Source: Macrostomum lignano (Eukaryota). Taken from it: a stretch of 64,000 nt of DNA. The stretch spans positions 7,448 through 71,447 of the forward strand of contig NIVC01002873.1 in NCBI GenBank assembly GCA_002269645.1. Reading direction: 5' to 3'. A program made the position numbers and the translations under genes. A model generated the notes under the pieces. That model was not told the origin of the DNA, searched no databases, and saw nothing but the letters and a program-made list of their open reading frames with translations. Positions 23,831 through 45,797 of this stretch are shown piece by piece; positions within the stretch are counted from its first letter, which is position 1; every line of letters begins with the position of its first letter.

Positions 23831-24290
23831 GTGCCGGACGACATCGAGGCTGCGATCTTGTGCCGAGGCGCTGATGGACAGGCGACAGAGCTTCCGCGTT
23901 GTACGGCAGTTCGTCTACCTCGGCGGTCTGGTTCCCGCGGCGTCCGCGAGGATTTGCGGCGTCGCTGCGGGCTTGCCTGGGCTGCCTTTCGTTCTGTGAG
24001 GGCAATCCTGCAGTCCAAGGCCTTACCTGACCGCCAGAGGGCGGCGTTGTTCCAGGCGGTGATAGAGACCGTCTTGCTGTACAACGCCGAGACCTGGACG
24101 CTGAGGGAGTCGCTCGAGCTTTGTATCGCCGCGCCGGCCTGGTCCGTCCAAGCGACCTGTTGCGCCGTCGGCGACTCCAGCTGGCAGGCCACATCATCCG
24201 CGCCGAGTCGTACTGCCCAGAGCCGGTGCAGGAGGTGCTGTTGCTAACCCTGCAGGCACCCTACCGGCGGGGCCGGGCGCGCCCTGTGAC
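23831..24290 (+). mobile_element. Truncated, frameshifted RTE-clade non-LTR retrotransposon fragment (C-terminal part of RT ORF)
   Basis: Pieces VRQFVYLGG, EDLRRRCGLAWAAF, ALFQAVIETVLLYNAETWTL and LLRRRRLQLAGHIIRA match the post-RT region of RTE LINEs. They lie in different frames with an internal deletion. Confidence 0.85.
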
Positions 24291-24896
24291 GCAACTGCGT
24301 ATTTTAGAGGTTTTACGTGTAGGTTCACGTGATAAAAAACGCAAAAATAAATCAAATAAACTCTGTTATTATTCTGCTATTTGTAGTGTATTTGCTACCT
24401 GCTTTATAATATATTTGTCTGAATAAACACTTCAGCTACTAGCGATATAATAATAAATGTTTGAAGCATGCATTTATTAAATAATCAATGCTCTAAAACG
24501 TGTACATTTCGAGTTTAAATAAGCCCAATGTTTTATAACAGGCAGTCGCCATATGGGTACTCTTATGACAAAAAAAGATTCTGTACAGTGTTTAAAATAT
24601 GGAATATTGACTTCGCCGTGTTTACATTACAAGCGGTATAAATATAATTAACGACAAACAAATATTAGGGTAATAAAACACTGTCCTGACCACCTGCTGA
24701 CTTCTGCTGCCCATTTAAAAGCGATTTTATACACACAAAAAACTGGAATTGACCGCGATTTGAATGAGAACCATGCTTTCATAGCGGCTTCTCTGCATTT
24801 AGCATGAAAATTAGAAGCAATTCAAGCAATATTTAATTTCGGGAAACTATATAGGTTTCTCGGAAAATTTTAGGACACTTTTCAAATATTTTAAGA

Positions 24897-25210
24897 AGAG
24901 CTGGTTGTAACCTATTGGTTAGAGGAGCGTCGGACTCACGGCTGAAAGGTCGGGGGTTCGATTCTCGACCACTCAGAACAATTTGTGTCCTTGAGCAAGA
25001 CACTTAACTCTGCATTGCTTCAGTTCACCCAGCTGTAAAATGGGTGCCAGCATTAGCTGGGGTAATTGAGGGTGTGCGGTGACCCCCCAGTCCTTGGACT
25101 GAACAGCCGTACGCAGCCTTCAGATGCGCCGAGCAATAGCTGCGGCTGAGCTGTCGGTTGCACATCTGACCATTAGGGCAGGTGTAATCAATTTTATTAT
25201 TATTATTAGG
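24897..25210 (+). mobile_element. tRNA-derived CORE-type SINE, copy 2
   Basis: Near-identical body to 14772-15070, ending in a (TAT)n tail. Confidence 0.88.
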
Positions 25211-25284
25211 AAGCAGGTTCTACCGAAAAAACATTACAGTAGTGATATGATCGGTTTTCATTTCTCAGCAAATAGAATACTAAT

Positions 25285-25485
25285 TTTTAAGCGAAAAGCT
25301 TTATGAATATCAACTAGAACTATAAGAAGGCAAGACATATCAAAAGATAAACATTGGTTCTGCCTCCCATCAGAAGGAATAACAATTTTTATTGAAAAAA
25401 TGAAAACCTCCCATCTCCATAATGTAGTTTTTCGGTAAACTTCTAAAATTTTACAAGAAACGCACTTCCCATCCTTCCGTCCTTG
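25285..25485. mobile_element. Solitary diverged right TIR of the CAAGG MITE family
   Basis: Colinear with 11750-11961 (GAAAAGCTTTAT.AATATC...AAAAAATGAAAAC.TCC.ATCTCC...GTCCTTG). Confidence 0.65.
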
Positions 25486-26051
25486 GCGCAAGCAATGAAA
25501 AAAGCAAAATTTTGATGGTTTAATAAATACAAACTATAACAATCGAGTTGCTCTACTGTTTTGAGTATAAGTAGTATATAGTATCAGTAGTCTGTTTTAT
25601 ACATGTATAACCACCCGCTGTTTCAGTTATTATACGCTATACATGTACATGTACGAGTTACTGTTATATTTCACAGTCCTACATATCGCTACGCTGCATC
25701 CTGCTGGTCAAAAAACGAAGACTCACTCAGCTGCAGGACTCCTGAAATGATGGTGAATGCAAAAATGATGAGTTGGCCCCGTAAAGCTGATCTATTTGTT
25801 AAGTAGTGCTGAAGGTTAATTGGTTCCCGCGTACACTCATGCCTGATAGGAGACTCGCCCTCGGAAACAAGCCTTCCAGACTCGCTCCTAAACTAAGCCA
25901 CTTCCGAGACTTCTGGGTTTCCCCGCTCTCGGACCGCTTTTCAGTAGCATCCCAAACATTTTCAAATTCTTTTCTTCGCGCACTCCCGGGACTTGTCTGC
26001 TGGGTGGTGGCTAGGGTGGACTCGGTCCTAGCACCGTCCCTGATTCCACTT

Positions 26052-26350
26052 TTGGGTTGGCGGTGTCTTAGTCCATAGGCTTGGGTTGGCGGTGTCTTAG
26101 TCCATAGGCTTGGGTTGGCGGTGCCTTAGTCCATAGGCTTGGGTTGGCGGTGCCTTAGTCCATAGGCTTGGGTTGGCGGTGTCTTAGTCCATAGGCTTGG
26201 GTTGGCGGTGTCTTAGTCCATAGGCTTGGGTTGGCGATGTCTTAGTCCATAGGCTTGGGTTGGCGGTGTCTTAGTCCATAGGCTTGGGTTGGCGGTGTCT
26301 TAGTCCATAGGCTTGGGTTGGCGGTGTCGTAGTCCATAGGTTGGGTTGGC
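26052..26350. repeat. 29-bp minisatellite (GGCTTGGGTTGGCGGTGTCTTAGTCCATA)n
   Basis: About 10 near-identical copies. Confidence 0.95.
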
Positions 26351-27091
26351 AGCTCCCCCTGGCCCAGACGTCAGGGTCTAACCTCGGGGTATCTCGGGCT
26401 ACATGCCCCTGGTAGTGCCCCTCGGCGGCAGAGCACCTCCCAGGGCTGATCCGCGGGTAGCTCCCGGCTTCCCACCCCCGTTCAACAACAACAACATTCG
26501 TGCTATGGGCTGGAGCCCAAAAACAACTGACAGATCGATAAACTAAAAATGTGCCAATGCAAGTAACTACATTATACCTGACATTTTATTGATACTCTAC
26601 TTGCAGTAAAAATATCAGAATATTCGAGTATAAAAAATTAATTCTAATTGGAACATTTTTTGATACTATACTCTACTAACAGTTGAGGCATAGGTAAATA
26701 CGCAAAAATAAATAATTCTATTGTTCAACACAGGTTCTTTGCTCGTAAAATTAACCCCTTTTTGTCACGGAAACGACGAATATATAATGCCTAAGTACAT
26801 GGGTCAAATTTTATTGCTGATATTTATACATTATTCTAAGGTTTATAGCCCGGATTTTAGACCCAAAAATCCTTATCAAAAGTGCTTGCTCGACACAAAA
26901 TGGCATTTGTTATATTTATCCAACTAATGCAATGCAGTCAGCAAAGTCAGCAATATTACTTACAGTAGCAATATCGCCGTCTACGTCCAATTTTTGGTCG
27001 CTCTGAATCTGAAATGATCATTTTAGTTACTAATTTACTATGCAGCCTACTTAGTAAACAGTTTAAACAAAAGATTAAATTCTAAATCCAG

Positions 27092-34912
<7,821 letters not shown>

Positions 34913-35309
34913 TGCTTGCTTGTCTCTGTCGGATTCAATTAATAGCTATTAACTTGGAACTGTGGAAGTTGGTGTTTGCGAGCACCGACTCAAGCAAGCA
35001 CCGGTTTGCTCGATTGGCCACTTTTTTGCCTTGCTCCAGATTTTTATTAGTGAAAGAGTTTACAGCCCACACAGTGGAGACCAAAGGCACCTGTTGCTAT
35101 CTTCTGTTTGCATGTTAGCGCGCCACCCCCCCCCCGCGAGCAGGGGTGGCCTCTCGGGGTCAACCAGCGTGTCTGACTCTCTCCGCCCAGCTCACTCAAC
35201 TCTTCTCGCGTATCTTCTCCACCTCTCACTGACTCTGGCTGCTCTAATTAAATAGGAGCATTTTTTCTGTGTGACACACACTCGAGAGTCAAAGTGACTA
35301 GCCCTATCT

Positions 35310-35795
<486 letters not shown>

Positions 35796-36627
35796 TCCTC
35801 CACTGTCCTTGTCCTCGCATCATTCTGTCTGTCACTAAACATTGTTCATATTATCCTGTTCTCCTCTCTCCTGGATCCCGTTGCGGAGTCGGGCAGCTGT
35901 GGTGGAGGCAGCGGATTTCCCGAGCCAGCCCTGCCAGGCCAAATGCCGACACAGAATATCCCACAGAAAATCCCAATCCCTTGAACACGAGGATTCCCTC
36001 AGAGATTCCCTCAGCCATCAGAGGTGCATGAAATTGGAAGAAAAGCTTGAAGCTCGGTGGAATAGCTGCTGGCTATTAACCCCAGCATGGCTAATCGACT
36101 TCATCCTGTGTTATCAAATCAAGCAATAAGATCGAGTTCCAGCATCTGCATGGCTGCGTGGCACAATTCAATGTAGCTATTTTAAAAAACTCCCCACTGG
36201 TTGTAAAGCAATTTTGTTGCAGAAATTCGCAAAGAAGAGTGGAAGAAGCCGAAGGTTGTTGCAGCCTGTTGCTTTACGGGTCCTTATCTCGACCTATTTT
36301 AATGCCAAACCCTCAGCATGCGCTAAAGATTCCAGCTGAAACCTGGAGCAAACAGTGCTCTGAAAGCTACGGAAGAGGGGGGCATGTCGCAAAGGCTTGG
36401 CTGGGAGAGTTGACGGGAGAACTGTTCGCATAGAAATGTTACTGCTTGAGACTGTGCTTTTTCTGCTTTTTTATCGTTCGGCATTACGTTATATACTTGT
36501 AGATACTGTAAGTGCACTGTCGAGTGTTGTAGGGAATTTACAAAATTGACAGGCGCCATTGGTAAACCATGCTGTGAATAGTAAGCTTTAACCTGAGTCT
36601 GTGAGGAGCGAGACAAGAGAGTTGAGT

Positions 36628-36632
36628 GATTG

Positions 36633-36694
<62 letters not shown>

Positions 36695-37095
36695 AGGGAG
36701 TTGAGTGAGTGAGGAGAGAGAGGGAGAGAGAGACCAGGGAGTTGAGTGAGTGACGAGAGAGAGGGACAGAGAGAGACCAGGGAGTTGAGTGAGTGAGGAG
36801 AGAGAGGGAGAGAGAGACCAGGGAGTTGAGTGAGTGACGAGAGAGAGGGACAGAGAGAGACCAGGGAGTTGAGTGAGTGAGGAGAGAGAGGGAGAGAGAG
36901 ACCAGGGAGTTGAGTGAGTGAGGAGAGAGAGGGAGAGAGAGACCAGGGAGTTGAGTGAGTGACGAGAGAGAGGGACAGAGAGAGACCAGGGAGTTGAGTG
37001 AGTGAGGAGAGAGAGGGAGAGAGAGACCAGGGAGTTGAGTGAGTGAGGAGAGAGAGAGAGACCAGGGAGTTGAGTGAGTGAGGAGAGAGAGACGG
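36628..37095. repeat. (GA)n tract plus about 40-bp minisatellite containing ACCAGGGAGTTGAGTGAGTGA
   Basis: About 10 copies after a (GA)n run. Confidence 0.93.
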
Positions 37096-39194
37096 GAATA
37101 GATATAGCAAATGAGATTAGAGAATTGAAACAATGGTGCACACACTAAAATGTGCTCAATGATTCAAGTTAACGGGCACATAGCTTACCAATAGAAACCG
37201 CAGGTAATACAAATCGTGAAGTTCGAGGAGACGAGGAGGCAAGTCAATAAATATTTAGAATGCTGGCAGCATTGGAAAGTATGTAATCAAGTCCTGGGTA
37301 CGCTCAGGCCAACAATATAAAAACAGCGAGTGTGGTGCATGGGGATTGGAATCTCGTGATATCCCCTAGCCCTCCCTCCCAGATCCTGCTGCCACAGCGA
37401 TTCCATCTCTTCTCCTCCCATTCCTCCTTACCCTCGGCTGCCCACAGGCAAAAAAACGCGGTTGCCTGTACGTGAATTCAGGGGTAGAGAGAGGCAGAGG
37501 GGATGAAATCAATAAAACTAATGCTCCCCCAGTGCGGCCACTGCGAGCTGAGGCACATCTCTTGGGCGAGGGAGAAGAGTAGATGGGGCAGCGGGGTAGG
37601 AGCTACATTTGAACTCAACGCTCTGCGTGGACACTGTTCCCCATTTGGCCAGTACAAAGCCTACTTGTACTTGAAGCTCGTATTATGAAAGGTTGTCCGC
37701 CTCAGGCCAACTCAAATACACATTTTCCCACTAGTCGTAAGCAGGGGGACGAGATGCTTGAGTTCCTCTGAGTACATTTAGTAAGAGCTCACTCACTATA
37801 GGGATGACCCAGCCACTCAGACCCTGCCATCAGTTTCTCCATCCTGAAGCTTATCCTATCTGGTCCAGTGTTAGCATTTTCTGAGCAAGCATTAATGCAA
37901 ACAGAGGCCAGTCTGCTGGGAAGGGGATATTTGTTGGCAAATTCTGGAATCACTAGAGGTGAACAATGATTATTGGGCTTCTGCTTTGACAGCTCTGCTG
38001 CAGTGATTCTCAGATAATGAGATGAAGCCGAGCACAGTGGGTGAGTTGCCCATTAATTAGCCCAAGCTCCGACTGACTCTCAGCTCAAGCTCCGACTGAA
38101 ACTATGAGCGTCAAAGACTTTAAGCAAAGCTGTACAACTATTGGCACAACCAGTCGGATCACACAGTTACATTCATTCCTAATGAAACAAAATGCGTCTC
38201 TCAACAGACTGCAAAAATGTTGCGACTTTTTTTGGCACACTGACTTTTTTCATCACGTGCGCAGACACTTTGGATCGAGATTGTTTCCCACAGAAAAACG
38301 GCAAATCAAGTGTCTGTCTAGCCACCGTCTGAAAAAGTGCTCCCGTACTTGACCTGAATGCAATTATTTTTTGGCTAGTCAAACCGGATCACGCTACTGA
38401 AAGTAGCAAAAGTATAAACTGTTTCATGCTTTCGAACGCAACTAATATCAATAATGTCAAAAACAGATACAGCAAGTGGGCGCAATTGTGGACAGAGAGG
38501 TGGAAATTTCCCAAAGGTACGCACAACACGTACAACGCCGACTGCCTCAGACTTCAGACTTAGGTTTCCGACGGCAGGCAATAATGCAGAGAGCAAAACG
38601 AAACAAATTATAACAGTTATTACATATTTGAAACAATTTTGCATTAGTTTGGCGCCTCTGCGGGCAAGCCAAGAAATTGCGTTGCAGCGCGGAGATGACG
38701 AAATATTCGAAAATAACAAACTTTCACCATGCATTCATTGCCGTTGGATGGACGAGCTACATAAGCCATGCTTCCACTAAGTAGTGAAGAAGCAGAATAC
38801 AAAAGTGCTTGCTTTACTGGTTCTGGTTGAAAAAAATTCCTCCGGGTGGCTGCAGAAATTGTGTAGTATTGCAGATTTTGAAGTGGGAGGTTGGTAATGT
38901 AGGAAAGCAAGGCAATAAAATATAACCTTCATGATGCGTTCGAATTGCAAATTTAGTGCCGACAGACGATCGATGGCTGGGCTGTCTGCCGCTTAAAACT
39001 GCTTCACAGTCACTGTTGTTTTTTATACTTCGTTACAGTTTTGAAGACGATCTCTATATGAAACTCAAGAGGCAGGAAAACCTTTGTTATTAATGTGTGT
39101 ATCACAGTGCAGTGCACAGCTATAGGCAATGAACCGCATTTTAACGAATCGCATTCGGTGAATCAAGTTTCGTGAAGAACTTTCAGCGAACCGA

Positions 39195-39595
39195 CTTAAG
39201 TGAATTACTGAAGTGAATTGTATTGAGTGAATCGTGTTGAGTGAATCCTGTTGAGTGAATTGTATTGAGTGAATCGTGTTGAGTGAATCCTGTTGAGTGA
39301 ATTGTATTGAGTGAATCGTGTTGAGTGAATCCTGTTAAGTGAATCGTGTTGAGTAAATCGTGTTGAGTAAATCGTGTTGAGTGAGTCCTGTTGAGGGAAT
39401 CGTGTTGAGTGAATCCTGTTTAGGGAATCGTGTTGAGTGAATCCTGTTTAGGGAATCGTGTTGAGTAAATCGTGTTGAGTGAGTCCTGTTGAGGGAATCG
39501 TGTTGAGTGAATCCTGTTTAGGGAATCGTGTTGAGTAAATCGTGTTGAGTGAATCGTGCAGAGTGAATCTTGTTGAGTGAATCCTGTTAAGTGAA
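39195..39595. repeat. 15-bp minisatellite (GAGTGAATCGTGTT-like)
   Basis: About 26 copies with variant units. Confidence 0.92.
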
Positions 39596-42184
39596 GCCGC
39601 AGGCGCAGAACTGCGGCCAATAAAGCGATCTATTCACTCTTTATTGACTCTGCAAACATTCGAATCGAAAAAAACCGTGGACTTAAAACATTTATCTTCC
39701 GAGCAAAATGGATGCTGCAGGCTTGAAAACTTGGCTGCGCAAAAGAAGAAGACACTAAATAACAAGGAGCGCAGGACGCATGCTAGAAAGCATTAAAAAT
39801 GTTTGAGGGAAATCTGGAAGCCGAAGCTGAATGGATGGCAGGGGGGTTGGGTGGGTTAAAAGAGGCGTTGCTGCACTGCCGTTTACCCCCGGATTGATAC
39901 AGAAACCGGACAGTCAGGGTGGAACAATTTCAACGCAAAAGAAGGAAAAGAAAAGCTTTAGTAGATGGGGAGAAATCGAGAACGAACTGGGCTTAGATTT
40001 CGAGAGCACATATGCGCAAAGCAAGAAATCCAGCGAATACTGAAGTGGGAGGTTGCCCGATTTTTCCTTAACTTTTCCGGTGTTGTCTGCGACTGTCGAG
40101 GTGCTGAGGTCTTTCCATAATTTTCCCCACATTTAAAATAAATTTAATGGCAACCCTGAAATGTTTCGTCCCTTGAGCTGGATAAAAAAACTATTCAATA
40201 TATATTTATATTCCCTCGGGGCTGTTTGGCAGTATAAAATTATAACAGTGTGGAAGCCAGACAGTTGTATTTTGTAGGCCAGCCATCTCTACAATATGGC
40301 TTGCATATTTCACGTGACGCGATGTCCAGTATCGAGTACTTGGAGCGAAAACGGGGCCGCCTCCGCCTACTTGCAGTCTTTGCCTTTCTTACTGCTACCC
40401 CGACTGATCCATGTTGCTGTAGGGTTGCGAACTCAGGCTTGCTCATTCCCTTATGGATTGATTCTAGTCGATTCTTTAGCTGAAAAAGCGCCTCTCCTTA
40501 AGGCTTCAAAGCATGCACACCTCACATCAGAAATGTATTGTCGTTGTTGTAGCGATTGTCTGCCTGTCTGTTTGATTAAGCCTTAGGCCTATAGGCTGCT
40601 TACCCTGTACTGTACTGTACTTGTACTGTACTGCTGTCTGTAGCCTGTAGGGCTGTAGCCCATGCCCCATACATGGAATTTGTTTGTTTGATACACGGGA
40701 TGGGATTCAGGATTCAGGACAGAAACAACTTGAAAATATTTTATTTGACTGGCGGATCCAAAGAGGGTCAAGGGGGTCGGCTGACCTCCCCCGCCCAGCC
40801 GAGCATGACCCCGTCCCAGGCAAAGTCCTCGAACGGCCACTGTATATTTACGTTTATTTTTAATTGCATTTCCCTTAAAATGCACCGCGAGATCATGTTT
40901 CGCCAGTGAGCCAGTCAGTTTGCCTTGTCCTAATTAAACCAATTTGCTTTTGCGGACAAGATAATAAAAAAAATAAGTGAAAGAGAGATTAAAGAGAAAG
41001 TAGAACAAAGGCCAGATTTGATAATTCCCTGATGGTGGTCCTTGCTCTGGAATTGGAATTTGGAAATTGGAATTTGGACTTGTGAAACTGGCGCTGGATT
41101 TGGCTGGTTCTAACTTCTAATGTTCTCTCCTAGTGTCCTATAGTTATTTGCTGTTTCACTGCTTTACTTTGTGCGCCTGCGTACGCGCAATAAAGTAGTA
41201 AAGTCTCGCGTATTATTCTAGCTTTGCGCTTCCCTATGTTTCAAAAGGACCTCCTTACCAGACAGAGGGCTCCCCCTCCCCCAGCCCTCTCCTGCTAACG
41301 CCAAGCCACCCCAGGCCCAAGCACACCACCCCAATTCTAAGTTAATTAGTCCAGTCTTATTGGCCAGACTGAAGAGGGGGTTGGGCGAATTCCACTAGGC
41401 TCTGCTCACACTAGCGCCGCCGCACGCAAACACCCCTCCCGCCTCTTAGTGCGCAATTCCAATTCGACCATCGTTAATGTGCCCGACGGTGGCTTGTTGA
41501 AGGAGACGGTGTCCTGCCCCTTTCCTCCTTTGGGCTTTATTTTAAAGCATCGGAAAACTTATACGACGCGCTAAATAAATGGATACTGTCGAACCTCTCT
41601 CTTCACTTTCTCCCTCCCGAAGCCTTCTTGCATAGGGCGCCGTTAGTGAATCCGTTATTCTGACGTCTTAGTGAATTTTTATAAAAGCTAGCTAAGTTTA
41701 TTATTTAACTTTACTGGCGTCTGCAATTGTGTATATCGAGAACACAGGCACCATAAAAAATAGATTTGCGAGTTACCGAATATTTCCATTTGCTTCCTAC
41801 TGATTAGAATCAGCAGACAACACAATACGAAGTAATAGCTAATAAATCTTCCCTTGAACCCTCAGTGATTTTAACGAGGCATATAATAGAATAATGAATT
41901 GTAGACGTTTTGTATTGTTTTTTGTATTCACCTATTTAAACGTTTTGCCTGCGGAATCGCGCTTCGTGTCTGCTGGTAAGATTTTTTATAGATTTTTTTA
42001 AAACTATATAATCTGCGTGTAGGTGTACTTTTACGATAATCGTAATAAATACATCTATTACGATTATATCATAATCGTAAATAATGGATTTAATGCCCGA
42101 TGGGCTTCCTTAGACCCACAATGCCTCCTTAGTTAAACCTTAGGTTAACCCCAATATTTTGCTTCAAGACAGACTGCAAAGGAA

Positions 42185-45015
42185 GAGAGTAGAAGTCTGC
42201 CAGATGAAGAGAGTAGAAGTCTGCCATATGAAGAGAACAGGAGACTGCCAGATGAAAAGTGCAGGAGACTGCCAGACGAAGAGTGCAGGAGACTGCCAGA
42301 TGAAGAGTGCAGGAGACTGCCAGATGAAGAGTGCAGGAGACTGCTAGATGAAAAGTGCAGGAGACTGCCAGACGAAGAGTGCAGGAGACTGCCAGATGAA
42401 GAGTGCAGGAGACTGCCAGATGAAGAGTGCAGGAGACTGCCAGATGAAGAGTGCAGGAGACTGCCAGATGAAGAGGGCAGGAGACTGCCAGATGAAAAGT
42501 GCAGGAGACTGCCAGACGAAGAGTGCAGGAGACTGCCAGATGAAGAGTGCAGGAGACTGCCAGATAGAGTGCAGGAGACTGCCAGATGAAAAGTGCAGGA
42601 GACTGCCAGACGAAGAGTGCAGGAGACTGCCAGATGAAGAGTGCAGGAGACTGCCAGATGAAGAGTGCAGGAGACTGCCAGATGAAGAGTGCAGGAGACT
42701 GCCAGATGAAAAGTGCAGGAGACTGCCAGACGAAGAGTGCAGGAGACTGCCAGATGAAGAGTGCAGGAGACTGCCAGATGAAGAGTGCAGGAGACTGCCA
42801 GATGAAGAGGGCAGGAGACTGCCAGATGAAAAGTGCAGGAGACTGCCAGACGAAGAGTGCAGGAGACTGCCAGATGAAGAGTGCAGGAGACTGCCAGATG
42901 AAGAGGGCAGGAGACTGCCAGATGAAGAGTGCAGGAGACTGCCAGATGAAGAGGGCAGGAGACTGCCAGATGAAGAGTGCAGGAGACTGCCAGATGAAGA
43001 GGGCAGGAGACTGCCAGATGAAGCGTGCAGGAGACTGCCGGATGAAGAGGGCAGGAGACTGCCAGATGAAGAGTGCAGGAGACTGCCAGATGAAGAGGAG
43101 CAGGAGACTGCCAGATAGAGTGCAGGAGACTGCCAGATAGAGTGCAGGAGACTGCCAGATAGAGTGCAGGAGACTGCCAGATAGAGTGCAGGAGACTGCC
43201 AGATAGAGTGCAGGAGACTGCCAGATAGAGTGCAGGAGACTGCCAGATAGAGTGCAGGAGACTGCCAGATGAAGAGTGCAGGAGACTGCCAGATGAAGAG
43301 GGCAGGAGACTGCCAGATAGAGTGCAGGAGACTGCCAGATAGAGTGCAGGAGACTGCCAGATAGAGTGCAGGAGACTGCTAGATAGAGTGCAGGAGACTG
43401 CCAGATAGAGTGCAGGAGACTGCCAGATGAAGAGGGCAGGAGACTGCCAGATGAAGAGGAGCAGGAGACTGCCAGAGGAAGAGGGCAGGAGACTGCCAGA
43501 TGAAGAGTGCAGGAGACTGCCAGATGAAGAGGGCAGGAGACTGCCAGATGAAGAGGGCAGGAGACTGCCAGAGGAAGAGGGCAGGAGACTGCCAGATGAA
43601 GAGGGCAGGAGACTGCCAGATGAAGAGGGCAGGAGACTGCCAGATGAAGAGGGCAGGAGACTGCCAGATGAAGAGGGCAGGAGACTGCCAGATGAAGAGG
43701 GCAGGAGACTGCCAGAGGAAGAGGGCAGGAGACTGCCAGATGAAGAGTGCAGGAGACTGCCAGATGAAGAGGGCAGGAGACTGCCAGATGAAGAGGGCAG
43801 GAGACTGCCAGAGGAAGAGGGCAGGAGACTGCCAGATGAAGAGTGCAGGAGACTGCCAGATGAAGAGGGCAGGAGACTGCCAGATGAAGAGGGCAGGAGA
43901 CTGCCAGAGGAAGAGGGCAGGAGACTGCCAGATGAAGAGGGCAGGAGACTGCCAGATGAAGAGGGCAGGAGACTGCCAGATGAAGAGTGCAGGAGACTGC
44001 CAGATGAAGAGGGCAGGAGACTGCCAGATGAAGAGGGCAGGAGACTGCCAGATGAAGAGTGCAGGAGACTGCCAGATGAAGAGGGCAGGAGACTGCCAGA
44101 TGAAGAGGGCAGGAGACTGCCAGATGAAGAGGGCAGGAGACTGCCAGATGAAGAGGGCAGGAGACTGCCAGATGAAGAGTGCAGGAGACTGCCAGATGAA
44201 GAGGGCAGGGTACTGCCAGATGAAGAGGGCAGGAGACTGCCAGATGAAGAGTGCAGGAGACTGCCAGATGAAGAGGGCAGGAGACTGCCAGATGAAGAGT
44301 GCAGGAGACTGCCAGATGAAGAGGGCAGGGTACTGCCAGATGAAGAGGGCAGGAGACTGCCAGATGAAGAGTGCAGGAGACTGCCAGATGAAGAGGGCAG
44401 GAGACTGCCAGATGAAAAGTGCAGGAGACTGCCAGACGAAGAGTGCAGGAGACTGCCAGATGAAGAGTGCAGGAGACTGCCAGATGAAGAGGGCAGGAGA
44501 CTGCCAGATGAAGAGTGCAGGAGACTGCCAGATGAAGAGGGCAGGAGACTGCCAGATGAAGAGTGCAGGAGACTGCCGGATGAAGAGGGCAGGAGACTGC
44601 CAGATGAAGAGGGCAGGAGACTGCCAGATGAAGAGGAGCAGGAGACTGCCAGATAGAGTGCAGGAGACTGCCAGATAGAGTGCAGGAGACTGCCAGATAG
44701 AGTGCAGGAGACTGCCAGATAGAGTGCAGGAGACTGCCAGATAGAGTGCAGGAGACTGCTAGATAGAGTGCAGGAGACTGCCAGATGAAGAGTGCAGGAG
44801 ACTGCCAGATGAAGAGGGCAGGAGACTGCCAGATGAAGAGGAGCAGGAGACTGCCAGAGGAAGAGGGCAGGAGACTGCCAGATGAAGAGTGCAGGAGACT
44901 GCCAGATGAAGAGGGCAGGAGACTGCCAGATGAAGAGGGCAGGAGACTGCCAGAGGAAGAGTGCAGGAGACTGCCAGATGAAGAGTGCAGGAGACTGCCA
45001 GATGAAGAGTGCAGG
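42185..45015. repeat. Large satellite of 24-bp (CCAGATGAAGAGTGCAGGAGACTG) and 22-bp variant units
   Basis: About 2.8 kb, roughly 120 units; source of the 966-aa, 409-aa and 392-aa pseudo-ORFs. Confidence 0.97.
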
Positions 45016-45679
45016 ACCCCGATTCCTTGGCTTCTTGCATGCCATTTCCGCGTGCGGTATTGTTCACTATTATATTATTTATTATGCCATCGATTACTCA
45101 CTGCACTACTTAGGGATATATGCGGCTTTTATTGCCTATCTAATTGCTAAACTAATAATCCTAGACTTGCAGTTTAAGATTCCCGTGCCCACCGGATGAT
45201 TCAGTTCGAGATGCCCGCGGTAGTTCTTCGAGACGAAAGAAACCAAACAAAAATCGATATTTTGCTTCTTCTTTTGCGCTTGCATTTGAATTGCATTGCA
45301 AGGCAGGCAGGCGGGCAGACAGGGTGGCTGGCTGGCAAGCATATTACCAACTATAATTATATTTGTAACGAAATATTTTCACAAACGCAGCGCTCGATAG
45401 TTGAGAGGAGAAGACTGAAGAATGCAAAAGGAGAGGTCGGCAGTTGCAGGGACTCGGCTCGACTTTAACTTCGAATATGTATATATAGCGATTGTCGAAT
45501 GCAAAAGGAAGCAGCATTAGGGGCAATCCAGGTGCAACTTCTGATTGTATACACTCAACAGCAGTTACTCCCCCACCCCCTACTCATGCTGTCACGCTGC
45601 ACGGAAGTTGATTGTTAAGCAATGCAATTGGTGATCTGAAGCTGCTCATCATCAACCGGTTGGTGATCAGAATGCCACA

Positions 45680-45797
45680 CAGGGGCGTCCCTATACCAAT
45701 GCGGCTGGCAAAAAGTACATGGCATCCGCTTGCAGTGTAACTTTGGCGCCCATGCTGCTGTCGCCCCCCTCATTGAAAGATCCTGGTTACGACCCTG
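45680..45797. mobile_element. Tiny decayed hAT-like MITE (CAGGGGCGT...ACGACCCTG)
   Basis: Termini resemble those of the 15790 element; flanks ATGCCACA / ATGTCACG match 6 of 8. Confidence 0.5.

Noticed and set aside
26350-26490. HDV-like ribozyme
   Set aside because: A GCC-loop-GGC hairpin resembles P3/L3, but no matching P1 with G-U wobble or P1.1 could be built on either strand.
38100-41000. Scattered 60-120 aa ORFs as upstream exons of the tau or LDLa genes
   Set aside because: No phase-consistent, motif-supported exon could be assigned.
42145-45045. 966-aa ORF as a real protein
   Set aside because: It arises from a stop-free satellite unit; 22-bp variants shift between frames, with no codon-level constraint and no unique domain.
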